A DNA stretch of 64,000 nt, from NCBI RefSeq assembly GCF_902713615.1, contig NC_052162.1, forward strand, positions 124,272,653 to 124,336,652. The letters run 5' to 3'. Shown here one piece after another: positions 36,505-48,929 of the stretch. The notes beneath the pieces were generated by a model that did no database searches, had not been told where the DNA came from, and was given only the letters and a program-made list of their open reading frames with translations. Both the position numbers and the translations under genes were made by a program. The first letter of the stretch is position 1. Every line of letters starts with the position of its first letter. Source of the stretch: Scyliorhinus canicula (Eukaryota).

Positions 36505-36957
36505 AGATTTTGGAGACAGGAGGGAGTTTGTCTGTGTGAAGCTCAATCTTCAGTCACACAAAACTTGCCGTCTGATTGGCTGGACTCCCAGAGTTCTTCC
36601 GGTCCCCCAAATGTTTCCATTGGTCAATACGTCAGCTGGCAGGTCCGGGGGCGGGCTCTCTCCTGCACATGCGCAGCTTCCCTTCGCCCTTGGACATGAG
36701 CAGTACCGGGTCGCGGGCGGGAGGGAGATCACTGAGCGGCTTCTCGCTCTGGCCGGAGCTGTCAGCCGGTTGCCTGGAAACCTTGTCTGGAGGAGGTGTC
36801 GGGTGAGGAGGAACAATGAGCGGCGCCGAACCTGCGCACTGGAACCAGGAGACGTCACCTCTGAGAAGCTGATTTCTATTGGTTGATTCAGGCAGGGGTC
36901 CATTGTGACGACATAAAACGGAAGTTGGACTAAAACGTCCTCCTGTCTCCAACATCT
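36505..36957. promoter_or_regulatory. P3: promoter module of ZNF-E; leftward first exon orphaned
   Basis: Flanked by inverted copies of the exon1/intron block (about 36262-36545 and 36925-37200); right donor GTGAGT at 36958; left donor mutated to GGGAGT at 36504; ATTGG, CATGCGCA, CGGAAGT. Confidence 0.72.
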
Positions 36958-37319
36958 GTGAGTAAAACACTCCCCCCCCGTTTCCATTTCTTTTCTCGTT
37001 CTGACCTTCAATTGGTCACTTGCAGCAACTGAAGGGAAAGGAAGTGAATCCAGGTCTCTTCTCTCTTAAAGACATTGACATCCTTTGCTCCCTCAGCTTG
37101 ACACATTTATTTGTCTGGCTAAAAGGGTGGTCTCTTTCCTAATGTTCACAATTTAAGGCCTAGTTTTCCCAAGAGATGGCCGACATTTAAGGGAACAGTA
37201 AGTTAATATAGGACAGAGATATGTCTTATGTCCTTACATGATATAGATTAGATATATTGTTTGTAGTTCTGTACTAAATTACATTTAATATTATTTCTAG
37301 TTTTGTAACATAGTACTGT

Positions 37320-37640
37320 AATTAGATTTATTGTCACATGTTCCGAGGTATCGTGAAAAGTATTGTTCTCCGTACAGTGCAGCCAGCTCATTCCATACAT
37401 GAAAAACATAGATCATAAGATAAATACACAATTTAAATACATAGACATTGGGTGAAGCATTCGGAGTGTAGTGCTGCATAGTGGTTAAGATTCATGGAGA
37501 GTTCAGTTCATAAGAGAGTCATTCAGGTGTCTGGTAACAATAGGGAAGAAGCTGTTTTTGAATCTATAAGTTCGTGTTCTCAGACTTTTGTATCTTTTGC
37601 CCAATGGAAGAGGTTGGAAGAGAGAATGACCAGGGTGGGA
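37320..37640 (-). mobile_element. LINE 3' end (Rex/L2-type tail)
   Basis: Tail acaatacttttca..gacaataaatctaa also present at 48300-48490 (+). Confidence 0.55.
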
Positions 37641-37643
37641 TTG

Positions 37644-37910
37644 TTAGGTATGACGTCGCTCGTGTTTGATCAGGTTGGATGAGGTTCTAAAGCTCTTTGT
37701 GCAGTGAGAGCAGCTGAATGGTCTCTCCTCAGAGTGAATGCGCTGGTGGGACATCAGTAACTGGGAACTTTTGAAACCCTTCCTGCAGTCAGAGCATTTA
37801 AAGGGCCCGTTCTTGGTGTGAGTGACATTGTGGTTCAGCAGGCTGGATAATTGAGCAAATCCCTTATCACACACAGAGCAGATGAATGGCCTCTCCCCGG
37901 TGTGAATGCT
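37644..37910 (-). pseudogene. Three-finger ZNF fragment antisense within the ZNF-E intron
   Basis: [35 protein letters not shown] matches ZNF-D fingers 16-18. Confidence 0.85.
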
Positions 37911-37914
37911 CTGT

Positions 37915-38090
37915 AGGGGCTGGTTTAGCTCACTGGGCTAAATCGCTGGCTTTTAAAGCAGGCCAGCAGCACGGTTCGATTCCCGTACCAGCCTCCCCGG
38001 ACAGGCGCCGGAATGTGGCGACTAGGGACTTTTCACAGTAACTTCATTGAAGCCTACTCGTGACAATAAACGATTTTCATTTTTTCATTA
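37915..38090 (+). mobile_element. Short tRNA-derived SINE
   Basis: ggggctggtttagctcactgg..ggttcgattccc head; copies at 40477-40650 (+) and 60335-60517 (-). Confidence 0.8.
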
Positions 38091-38513
38091 TGTTCTTATG
38101 TAACTTCTATGATTCTGTACTGACAGTGATGATTCCTTTTCCAGGATAATAGAAGAGGAGGAATTACAGACAGAAATCTCAAAAATCACGTCTGAGATCT
38201 GTCAGATTCACTGGATTCGTTGGGGCCTGAATATTATTGGCCTTTGAATCTAGAAGGAGAAATGTTTGTCCGATCTGTTAGCTTCAAAAGATTTTAAACA
38301 TCAGTGTGACTGGAAAAGCACCGAGACACACACACACCCGAGTGAGAGTGTTCCAGAGCACTGACTGTGGAAAGAGCTTGAACCAGTTACACAGTCTGAG
38401 AAAAACATTGCACCATTCACAGTGGGGAGAGACCGTACATGCGTTCTCTGTGTGTGAATAAGACTTCAACAGTGTGATTGTCCGACCTGGGCAGACACGA
38501 GGAGACCCAAAGC

Positions 38514-39524
38514 ATGGAGAAACCGTGGAAATGTGGGGACTGCGGGAAGGGATACAGAGCCCCTTCTCTGTTGGAGATTCATCAACGCATTCACACTGGG
38601 GAGAGTCCATTCACCTGCTCTGTGTGTGGGAAGGGATTCAGTCGTGCATGCACCCTGCAGAGACGTCAGCGAGTTCACACTGGGGAGAAGCCATTCACCT
38701 GCTCTCAGTGTGGGAAGGGATTCAGACATTCATCAACCCTGCAGAGACATCAGCGAGTTCACACTGGGGAGAAGCCATTCACCTGCTTTCAGTGTGGGAA
38801 GAGATTCATTCAGTCATACACTCTGCGAACACATGAGAGAATTCACACTGGCGAGAGGCCATTCAACTGCTCTCAGTGTGGGAAGGGATTCTCTCAGTTA
38901 TCGCACCTGCAATCACACCAGCGAGTTCACACTGGGGAGAGGCATTTAACCTGCCGTCAGTGTGGGAAGGAATTCACTCAGTTATCCCACCTGCAGTTAC
39001 ACCAGAAAATTTGCCCTCGGGAGAAGCCATTCATCTGCTCTCAGTGTGGGAAGGGATTCACTCGGTTATCCCACCTTCAGAGTCACCAGCGAGTTCACAC
39101 TGGGGAGAGGCCGTTCACCTGCTCTCAGTGTGGGGAAGGATTCAGTGATTCATCCACCCTACGGAAACATCAGAGAGTCCACACTGGAGAGAGACCATTC
39201 TCCTGCTCTCAGTGTGGGAAGGCATTCAGTGATTCATCTAACCGGAAGAAACATCAGCGACTTCACACTGGGGAGAGGCCATTCACCTGCTCTCAGTGTG
39301 CGAAGGGATTCACTGTGTTATCCAAACTGAAGTCACACCAGCGAGTTCACACCAGGGAGAAGCCATTCACCTGCTCTGTGTGTGGGAAGGGATTCAGACA
39401 GTCATCCAACCTGCTGAGACATCAGCGAGTTCACACTGGGGAGAGGCCATTCACCTGCTCTCAGTGTGGGACAGGATTTTATGATTCATGGCGCCTGCTG
39501 AGACATCAACAATTTCACAAGTGA
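38514..39524 (+). CDS. ZNF-E: 336-aa C2H2 protein, 12 fingers
   Basis: agcATGG start; intact ORF; finger 2 lacks first His, finger 6 is C2HC; acceptor ttttccag|G at 38144/38145. Confidence 0.92.
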   Translation: MEKPWKCGDCGKGYRAPSLLEIHQRIHTGESPFTCSVCGKGFSRACTLQRRQRVHTGEKPFTCSQCGKGFRHSSTLQRHQRVHTGEKPFTCFQCGKRFIQSYTLRTHERIHTGERPFNCSQCGKGFSQLSHLQSHQRVHTGERHLTCRQCGKEFTQLSHLQLHQKICPREKPFICSQCGKGFTRLSHLQSHQRVHTGERPFTCSQCGEGFSDSSTLRKHQRVHTGERPFSCSQCGKAFSDSSNRKKHQRLHTGERPFTCSQCAKGFTVLSKLKSHQRVHTREKPFTCSVCGKGFRQSSNLLRHQRVHTGERPFTCSQCGTGFYDSWRLLRHQQFHK

Positions 39525-39989
39525 TTACAGGGGTTGGATTCTGCTGTTATTGTTTCTGTTCTCAAATCCATTCAGGATTATATTTCATTGATTCTATCAG
39601 TTGGCCAATGGGGATGGTCGGATGGTTTCTTTTTGCTGGACTGCTGGTCTCACAATTTGCCTCCAGTAGGCTGATGCTCTTTGAGCTTCGTTGCAATTAC
39701 GTGGTTTCAAATTTCACAAGGATCAAAGCATGAAAGGGTGTTTGGAAGTTAGAACTCGTTTCTTTCCCATTTCTGTTTGGAGTACCCCAATGCATGCCAC
39801 GTTGCCATGAAGATGGGCTCTGGTGGTTACATGGTTTTTAAAAATATCTGGGTGTTTCTGACAGAAGGAAACTGTTGAGGTATGAGGAGCAAGTTGTCTG
39901 TGTGGATTGGTAAATTAGAATAAAAGGTATGATGATAGACAGGCAATCACTAGCTGTTTAGGAATTGTTATGTATTTATATAAAATAAA

Positions 39990-42950
39990 GATTATTTTGA
40001 GCAACAATAATCCAACAGGAAAGATGATGCAACTGTGGCTACAAGAAAAGCTAAAGATTCCATTAGATCAAAGGAAGAGCCTCATAAAGTGGCCAAACTA
40101 TTAGCCTGAGGATTGGGAACATTTTTTAGAATTCAGCAAAGAAGGACCAAGAGACTGATAAAGAGAAAATAAAATATGAGAGCAAATGGGCAACATAAAA
40201 ACTGACTGGAAAAGCTTCTATAGGAATGTGGAAAGGAAATGATTAGCAAAGACCAATGTGGGTCCATTCCAGGCAGAGACAGGAGAGTTTATAATGGGGA
40301 ATAAGGAAATGGCAGAGAAACTAAACAATGTGTGTCTGTCTTCACGGAGGAAGATACAGAAATTGTCCCACAAACACGAGGGAACCAAGGGACGAGTGAC
40401 CACTAGAAACTGACCGAGATTATTATCAGTGAAAAAGTAGTCCTGGAGAAATTAATGTTGTTGAAAGTTAATAAACTGGGGCTTGTTTAGCACAGTGGGC
40501 TAAAAAGCTGGCTTGAAATGCAATAGCAGCAGCGCAGGCTCTATTCCCGTACCAGCCTCCCCTAGCAGCCGCCCGAATGTGGCGACGTGGGACTTTTCAC
40601 AGTAACTTCATTGAAGCCGACTTGTGACAATAAGCGATTATTATTATATTTCCAAAAGCTGATACTCTACATCCCAGAGTGTTGAAAGAAGCGGCTGTAG
40701 AGATAGTGGATACATTGGTGATCATCTTTCAAAATTCTATAGATTCTGGAATGATTTCTGCAGATTGGAAGGTGGTACATGTAACCCCACTATTTAAGGA
40801 GGGAGAGAGAAAACCACAGACCCATTAGCCTGACATCAGTCGGAGAGAAAATGCTACAATCTATTATAAAGGATGTGATAACATACAAATTAGGAGCAGG
40901 AGTAGGCCACTCGGCCCCTCGAGCCTGCTCCACCATTCAATAAGTTGACGGCTCATCTGATTGTAACCTCAACTCCACACAGGCCCCTTAGAAAATAAAT
41001 CCTGGGAGATAGTTATGGGGAATAAGGAAATGGCAGAGGATCTAAAGAGATATTTTGCATCAGTCTTTACTGTGGAAGATATTTGAATATCCCACTAATA
41101 TGAAAGTATACAGGGCAGGAATTAAATTCCACCACTAGAGAAGCAGTCTTGGACAAACTAATGGGGGTAAAGGCAGATAAATCCCCTGGACCTGATTGCT
41201 TGCATCCTAGATCCTAAAATAAATAACTACAGAGAAAGTGGACGCATTAATTGTAATGTTCCAAAAATCCTTGGATTCTGGAGAAGTTACTGGAGGTATG
41301 GGAAATTGCCAATGTCACACCGCTAGTCAAAAAGGAAGTGAGGGGAAAAAGCTGTAAACTGTAGACCAATCACAATAACATTTATTATTGTAAAAGTACC
41401 AACACTTTTGGAAAATCATAATAAAAGCAAGCAGAGTCAGCATGGCTTCATGCAAAGGAAATAGTGTCTGACTAATTTAGCAGAATTCTTCGAGGATGTC
41501 GCAACTAAAGTGGATAGAGGAGAACCAGTAGATGTGTTGTATTTGGATTTCTAGACCGTGTTCAACAAGGTACCTCATAACATATCAGGTCACAAGATAA
41601 GGGCAGCATTGTGGTTAGCACAATTGCTTCACAGCTCCAGGATCCCAGGTTCGATTCCCGGCTTGGGTCACTGTCTGTGCGGAGTTTGCACGTTCTCCCT
41701 GTGGGTGCTCCGGTTTCCACCCACAGTCCAAAGATGTGCGGGTTAGGTGGATTGGCCATGCTAAATTGTCCTTGGTGTCCAAAATTGCCCTGAGTGTTGA
41801 GAGGGGTTACTGGGTTATGGGGATAGGGTGGAGATGTGGGCTTGGGTAGGGTGCTCTTTCCAAGAGCCGGTGCAGACTCGATGGGCCGAATGGCCTCTTT
41901 CTGCACTGTAAATTCTATGATTCTATAAGAGCCCATGGTGCTGGAGGTAGTATATTGACATGGATAGAGAATTGGCTAATGAGCAGGAAACAGTGAGTGG
42001 GGATAAGGGGTTCTTTTTCAGGTTGGAGACCTGTAACCAGTGGGGTTCCACAGGGATCAGTGCTGGGATCGTAACTGTGTACAATTTATATTAACGACTT
42101 GGAGGAAGGAAGCAAACTTACTGTAGCCAAATTTGCAGACGATATAAATATAAGTGGAGAGGCAAGTTGCGAGAGGGATACAGTTTGCAATGAGATATTG
42201 AGAGGTTACGTAAGTGGGCAAAAAGTTGGAAAATGGAGAATAATGTGAGAAAATGTGAAGTTTATTTTGAGAGGGAGAACAAAAGAACAGTATTATTTAA
42301 ATGGCGAAAAGCTGCAGAAAGCTGCAACACAAAGGGACTCGGGGGAACTTGTGCAGGAAACACGGGAAGCTAGCAGACAGGTGCAGCAGGTAATCAGGAA
42401 GCTAATGGAATGTTGGCCCTGATTCCAAGGGGGTTGGAGTATAAGAGTCGGGAAGTCTTGCTGCAACTGGACAAGGTGCTGGTGACACCACATCTGGAGA
42501 ACTGAGAGCAGTTGTGGTCCCTTTTTTTCATAAAAGATGTTACTTCATTGGCGGTGACTCAGAGAACGTTCACGAGCCTGATCCCAGTTATGGAGGGATT
42601 GTCTTCGGGGCAAAGGTTAAACATGTTGGGTCTCTACTCATTGGAATTTGGAAGAATGAGAGGTGATCTCATTGAAACAAACAGGATTCTGATGGAACTT
42701 CACAGGGTAAATGCTGAGAGGATGTTTCCCCTCGAGAGAATCTAAGCCCAGAGGGATCGTCTCAGAATAAAGAGATGTCAATTTAAGATTAAGATGAGGA
42801 GGAAATTCTTCTCTTGAGGATTGAGAGTCTTTGGAACTGTGAGAGTTGAGGGGACAGAGTCCTTGTGTATATTTAAGGCTGAGATAGATTTTTGATCAGT
42901 GAGGGAACCGAGGATTACAGGGAAAGGGCAGGAAAGTGGATGCAAGAAAT
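39990..42950 (+). mobile_element. Composite of decayed CR1 fragments with SINE insertions (40477-40650, 41601-41927)
   Basis: KSPGPD.LHP, QHGF..GK.CLTNL.EFFE, GVPQGSVLG, KFADD, LGLYSLEF remnants. Confidence 0.8.
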
Positions 42951-43354
42951 GTCGGACACGGGGAGAATGTACAAACTCCACACGGACAGTAACCTAGGGC
43001 CGGGAACTAACCTGGTACCTCGGCGCTGTGAGGCAACAGTGCTAACCACTGTGCCACCAGGCTGCCCATTTATCACTGAATTGTTGATGAAGCTTTTCTT
43101 ATGTAATCTTGGAGGCCACCCTGATCTTTGTAATCACTCTCGCTCGAAATAATGGATACATTTATGCTAGTGACTGTGACATGTGAGGAGACTAAAATGG
43201 ACGATACTCGTGTATGTTTGCCTTTTGAAAAATGTAAAATGTTATTATAGAGTATAAGTTGCATGTAATCATAAGAAATGTTTAAAGTTAAAATGTTTTT
43301 AGAAAAATAAAGTAATCGGCGGACATAGCTGGCTCATTTTTTTTAAAGGGGAGA

Positions 43355-44065
43355 TGTGACGATTGGAAGATTTTAGGAAAATTTGATTATAAATGTATTG
43401 GGCAATGTAAAGGTTAAAAGCGTGGGGTTAGAGTGTGATTCACTGCAGTGGTCCTTTTTTTATTTTAAAGAGGGATCCTGTTTTGCAGGACCTGGGTGTT
43501 TTTAGTAGCCAGAAGGTGAAATTGTTAAAGGAATGTGTTTTTCAGTCTGGGCTGATGGACTGTGGTTTGACTGGGAAAGTACTTGTGGAATTAATGTTCT
43601 TTGCAGCCGGCAGAGATCATTTGTTTTCCAGCTTGGGGAGATGAGGTCATTGCTGGGTGGAACCAAGGAAGGCAGAAAGACATTTTAAAAATCTTCAAAG
43701 AGCAGTTTTTGGAGAAAGATTTGGAGAGAGGAGTTGAATTCTGGGTCCACAATTCTCCCACAGTAAGATAGATTGAGAACTGTATCTTTCTTTTCCTGTT
43801 GTTTAATGGGAGATGGAGTAGTGATGTTTAAATGGGTGATTGTAAGCTGTTGTTTTTGGGTATGAAGTTAAAATGTTTAATATTGGAGCCATAATAAAGT
43901 TTTATTTTAAAAATAACCACGCCCTATTTCTTCAAGCGATCACTCCTGGAGCGAATCATTCTTTCTGCACAGTCTGACAAATAAGCCAAAACATTGGGGG
44001 TTTGGTCCAGTATCCCAGCCTCTGTTGGAGTCTGGTCTGCGATCGGAATAGTGACCGATGTAACA
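43355..44065 (+). mobile_element. Probable 3' LTR
   Basis: Polypurine tract aaaggggaga immediately before TGTGAC; AATAAA near 43893; GTAACA end. Confidence 0.5.
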
Positions 44066-44399
44066 ATTGGTTGGAGGCCCATTTCCCAGTCAGTCCTCCA
44101 GCATCTTCCTGTCTCTATTAGTGCGACACCCATGGCAGTTTCCCAACTGGGGCACCGACCCTGTTATTCTGAACTAACTTCAGCCTCAGCTCTGTCTCCT
44201 GCCTGTCATTGATATGAGCAATAGACAGAAAGGTGCCCAAGGAGAAAGTGGGAAGTTCAAACTTGTGGCTTGAAATCAATACTTCATCATTTGTCAGTTA
44301 AATCCGTGTTATTTATACTGGGGTTTTTAATTATTAGATTGAAGCATCAGAGGCAAAGGGTGGGGGGGTTTTAAAGTATAATATTTCCTTTCTAACTGG

Positions 44400-44980
44400 T
44401 GTCCGCCATGGCTCAGCGGGAAACACTATCACCTCTGGATCAGAAGGTTAAGACCCAGTCAGGGACCTGAGGACAAAAAACAGTTCCAACATTCCTGGTC
44501 CCAGCACTGAGGGAGTGCTGCACTGTCAGAACAGCCTTCTTTCAAATAAGATGTTAAACTGAGGCCCTGTCTGCCCCTCTCAGGTGGGTGTAAAAGTTCC
44601 CACAGCCACTATTTTGAGGAAGAGCAGAGGAGTTATCCGGGGTGTCCTGGTCAATATTTAACCTTCGATGATAATGTGGAGATGCTGCCGTTGAACTGGG
44701 GTGAGCCTCAGGTTACCGGAGGAACGAGCTGGTGTTTGAAACAAACCTGTTGGACTTTAACGTGGCGTTGTAACACTTCTTACTGTAACCCTCAATCAAC
44801 ATCACCAAAAACACATCATCTGCTCATTATCACATTGTTGTGTGTGGGATCTTGCTGTGTGTAAATTGGCTGCTGCGTTTCATACATTATAACAGTGATC
44901 GCACTTCGAAAGTAGTTTATTAGCTGGAAAGCATTTTGGGACATCCTGTGATTGTGAAGGCGCTACAGAAATGCAACTTT
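44400..44980 (+). mobile_element. DeuSINE (SacSINE1-like) with a small inverted Penelope remnant (about 44674-44787)
   Basis: Deu-domain-like gtgctgcactgtc..gatgttaaactgaggccctgtctgcccctctcaggtgg..gtgtcctggtcaatattt; the insert matches 4394-4480 in both orientations. Confidence 0.75.
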
Positions 44981-45070
44981 TTAAATTGAAGATTTATGTT
45001 ATCTGCTCTTGTTATCTGGAACTTAATTGATTTCAGCCACCAACAAATTACCATTTAATAAATTCACTTT

Positions 45071-46856
45071 TGACGGACATCCAGTGACGGCGAGCGGGAG
45101 GCAGCCGCACATTGGAGGGCTCCCGTTCGGGAACGGCATTTTCAGGGATTAACGCCCGGTCCCAGGAGCTGCAGAGGCGGCAAAAGCAGGGAGACGGCAC
45201 AGCGAAGAGAAATGTCAAAATCAAGTAAAATGATGGCCGTGAAAAAAGCAGCTGTAAGTCCGTTGGGGAGTGGAAAGATCACCGTGGGGACGGCAAGGAA
45301 AGTGGAGGCTGCAGCACCAGGGGAGGCCGCATTGCTCACGGCTGAAGAAATAACGAAAGCGATGGCCGCGGAACTCGAAAGGCAGTTTACAAAGCACATG
45401 GAGGCGATGAGGAAGGAGATGGTATTGAAAGTGCTGGTGGAGGAGGCGATTGCCCCGGTGATGGTGGTGCTATTGAGTGCAGTGGTGGAGGTGCAGGACC
45501 AAGGCGAGGCGCTGAAGGAAGTGGAAGAGACATTATTGCAGCGCGGTGATCAAATTACCGCGATGGGGAAGGAGATGCGGAAGGTGCTGGAGATCAACAA
45601 GGATCTGCGAGCCAAAATGGACGACTTGGAAAACAGATCCAGGCGACAGAATCTGAGGATTGTGGGTCTTCCTGAAGGAGTTGAAGGGCCAAGGCCGACT
45701 GAGTATTTTGCCACAATGTTGGCGAAGCTATTGGGGGAGGGAGATGAAGGCCTGTACCAAACGGGAGTCAGCCGCCAAGAGTAGTAACTTTGTGTTTTTG
45801 AAGGTACAGCGTGAAGGAGAAGGTCCTGTGCTGGGCAAAGCAGAAGCGGGTGATGCAGTGGGCTGGAGCTGGTATACGCATATATCAGGACTACACAGTG
45901 GAGCTGGCGGAGGCGGGCTGCCTTCAGCCAGGTGAAGAAGGCATTGTACATCAGTAGGGTGCAGTGCGGCATAGTATACCCAGCTAAGTTGAGGGTGATA
46001 ATAGATGCAAGGACTTTTATTTTGGGACGACGGAAGCAGCGGAGGTGTTTGCGAAGGCAGAAGGACTGCGGCTGAATTGAGAAGTGGACATGTATCGATG
46101 TAGCCTCAGGCTGTATTTTTTCACTGCGGTTGGTGTATATGCTAAATGAGCTAACATTGTATATACTTGGATAAGGGAAGAGATGGGACTTTCACTTGCA
46201 ATGATGGATCTTTGGGGCTTGGGTGTGTATGTGGGGTCTGTGTGCTAAAGGGGGTTTCTGGGCTTTCCGAGGGCCGGGCAAGGGGAAAAGGGACCCGGCG
46301 AGGGCCTCCACGCTGGCAGTTTAAGCCAGCCAGTGAACGGAGTTAGAGGGGGGGGGGGGGGGGGGGGGGGCTGCGGCTATCGGAGCCGGGCAGAACAGGT
46401 CCCGATGAGTGTAGCCGGGGTGGAAAGTTTGGGGAGAGGGGAAGGAACAGAGGTTGGAGGGAGGAGTTTTCTGAAAGGAGGTGGAGGGGAGGAGTCGTGT
46501 GTGGGGGGGGGGGTGGAGGGCTCGCAATGCGTGGCTGTCATGTACGGGACTCTTTCGGGGATTGGATGGCAATGAATGTTAGGGGGGGGTGGACTCTATT
46601 GGTCAACAGTGTCCATAGGCGATTCCTGATATTTTTTTTTTGTTTTTTTTTTCCTTGTATTATCCCGCTGTGGGAGGGTTTGTTCTATTTGATGCTTATA
46701 TTGCCAGGAGGGTCGTTGTTTGGGGTGGTGGGAGGATGGGATCGTTGTTGTTGATAAGGGAATTCACTTTGTATTTGTTACCATTTACTGCTTGTGGGTG
46801 GGGTGTAAATTTTGAACAAAATGTGAAAATGGAGAATAAAAATATTTTACAGAAAA
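45071..46856 (+). mobile_element. ORF1-only L1 derivative (HAL1-like)
   Basis: 14-bp TSD aataaattcacttt (45057-45070, 46857-46870); L1-type 5' end; ORF1 from 45212 (LENRSRRQNLRIVGLPEG); AATAAA and A tail; no ORF2 motifs. Confidence 0.75.
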
Positions 46857-47719
46857 AATAAATTCACTTTGGTTCAGACAAGACTTTAACTAATTAAGGC
46901 AAATTCAGAATCCTCTGGATAGTAAATTTTAAAAGTTTATTAAATGAAAAAGGTTTACTGAACAATTTTAAGTCATTAACTTTTCCAACTTCATGTGGGT
47001 GATCAGTCTGTAGCAGCGTAACCCTCTCTGGCTCCTTCTTTGACAGTAATTTCCTTGGAACTCGGCCTCGGGAATCTTCAGTACTTGGCCAAAAAGGAAG
47101 ACCTTCGGAATCTGTACTTTTATCCCCAAAGTGACCATTACCTCACGTCAGAGTTGGGTCTGTTGTAACATGACCATTGGTCACTTTGGTCACTGGATTA
47201 ATTTAATTGGATCCCCAATTACTGACACCAACTTCTCTCATTATCTCAGACAGAAATACAATAGAACTGTTTCATACTATCCCTTTATCTGATTCTATAC
47301 AATCCCTTATTCAGACAGTTTCAAATGTTGAGGCTAATCAGAGCTTGAAGGTCTCTCTTGCCAGTACATTTATCCTCATTTCACATTTTTACATACACAG
47401 CAATTAAGCTTTTACATTTTTACAGCAAATATAAAAAGACTTTTAGTCTTTCACTATAACTACTGATTCATGATGGATTCATTAGCTGCAGTTCGATTAA
47501 GCCTCACTAGGTATTACTGCTACTGCTGGTAGCTAATTAATACAGTAATCTAATTCATACATTTGGTTAATATAGGATACAATAGTTTAAAAAGACAGGT
47601 TGTTGAAGACAATAACTTTCTTTTTTACTAATATTGATCAGGTTGAATAATTAGCTTATTCTTGAGCCAGACTTGGGTAGAATATGATAGCCCGCTACTT
47701 ATTAAATACTTTCTTTGTA

Positions 47720-47950
47720 GGCAGCACGGTGGTGCAGTGATTAGCATTGCTGCCTATGGCGCTGAGGACCCGGGTTCGAATCCCGGCCCTGGGTCACTGT
47801 CCGTGTGGAGTTTGCACATTCTCCCTGTGTCTGCATGGGTTTCACCCCCACAACCCAAAGATGTGCAGGTTAGGTGAATTGGACATGCTAAAGTGCCCCT
47901 AAATTGGAAAAAAAATTATTGGGTACTTTAAATTTATATATATTTTAAAA
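47720..47950 (+). mobile_element. V-SINE, A-tail subfamily, 16-bp TSD
   Basis: TSD aaatactttctttgta at 47704-47719 and 47951-47966. Confidence 0.85.
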
Positions 47951-48929
47951 AAATACTTTCTTTGTATAAACAATTTCTGCTAGCGCTGCAGTTTAGAAAC
48001 ATTTGGGCTTGGACAATCTTAATTTATAAAAGAACAATTCAGCCATTACCATATTATCTGTAATATTGTTTCATGAATTATAATTTAATCAAAGGTCCTT
48101 GTTGAATAATTAACTGTTTTGCTTCCAACATGAAATCAATATGTGATGAACAAAGAAATGTTACATAATCTGTGCAAGACACTAGATGTTAGAGTTTAAA
48201 ATGGCTTCCTTGACTTTATTACTTATATCCATGAATATGGTGCAAAAGTGAATTATAAAATTAATGGATTTCCCAGTCCTGCCTACAGTTTTATACATTA
48301 CAACAATGACTATACTTAGCACTACACTCATTATGCTTCACCCGATGCCTATGTATTTACATTGTGTATTTATTGTATGTCCTTTTTTTTTTCAGGCATG
48401 GAACAATGTGCCTGGACTGTACGCAGAACAATACTTTTCATTGTACCTCAGTACACATAACAATATATCTAAAAGTAAAATCTAAATCTTTTGGAGGTGC
48501 TGTGATACCATAGAAAAGGATTTGTCTTTTTAGATTTTTCTCAAACTTGGGATATATTACAGTTGGTCCCCTCATCAAAAAGATTGACAAAGATTGAAGT
48601 GTAATTTAGAATAATATTTTGATTCTCTGAAATTCTCAATGAAAATCTAAAAACACTATATCCTTAATAATTTGTTTTTAAAACACAGGCAAGTTGTTGT
48701 GATCAGGAGAGCATTACCTGAAAAGGGCGCAAGAAACAGATTCAACTGTTTCTTTCAAAGGGTAATTGGAGAGGTCCTTGAAAAGAAAGTTTCTGGACAA
48801 TGGAATTAATTGATTGGTCTTTCACAGATCTGACATTAGCACGATGGGCCGAATGGACTCCCTCTGTGCGACCTGAGCCTCGTGTGCAGTTAACGTGAGT
48901 GGTAATAGTGGTAAAGGGACCTGGGTATA

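Noticed and set aside
36262-37200. MITE or DNA transposon with 300-bp terminal inverted repeats
   Set aside because: No TSD seen. The repeats carry outward-facing splice donors and occur singly at other promoters, so divergent first exons explain them better.
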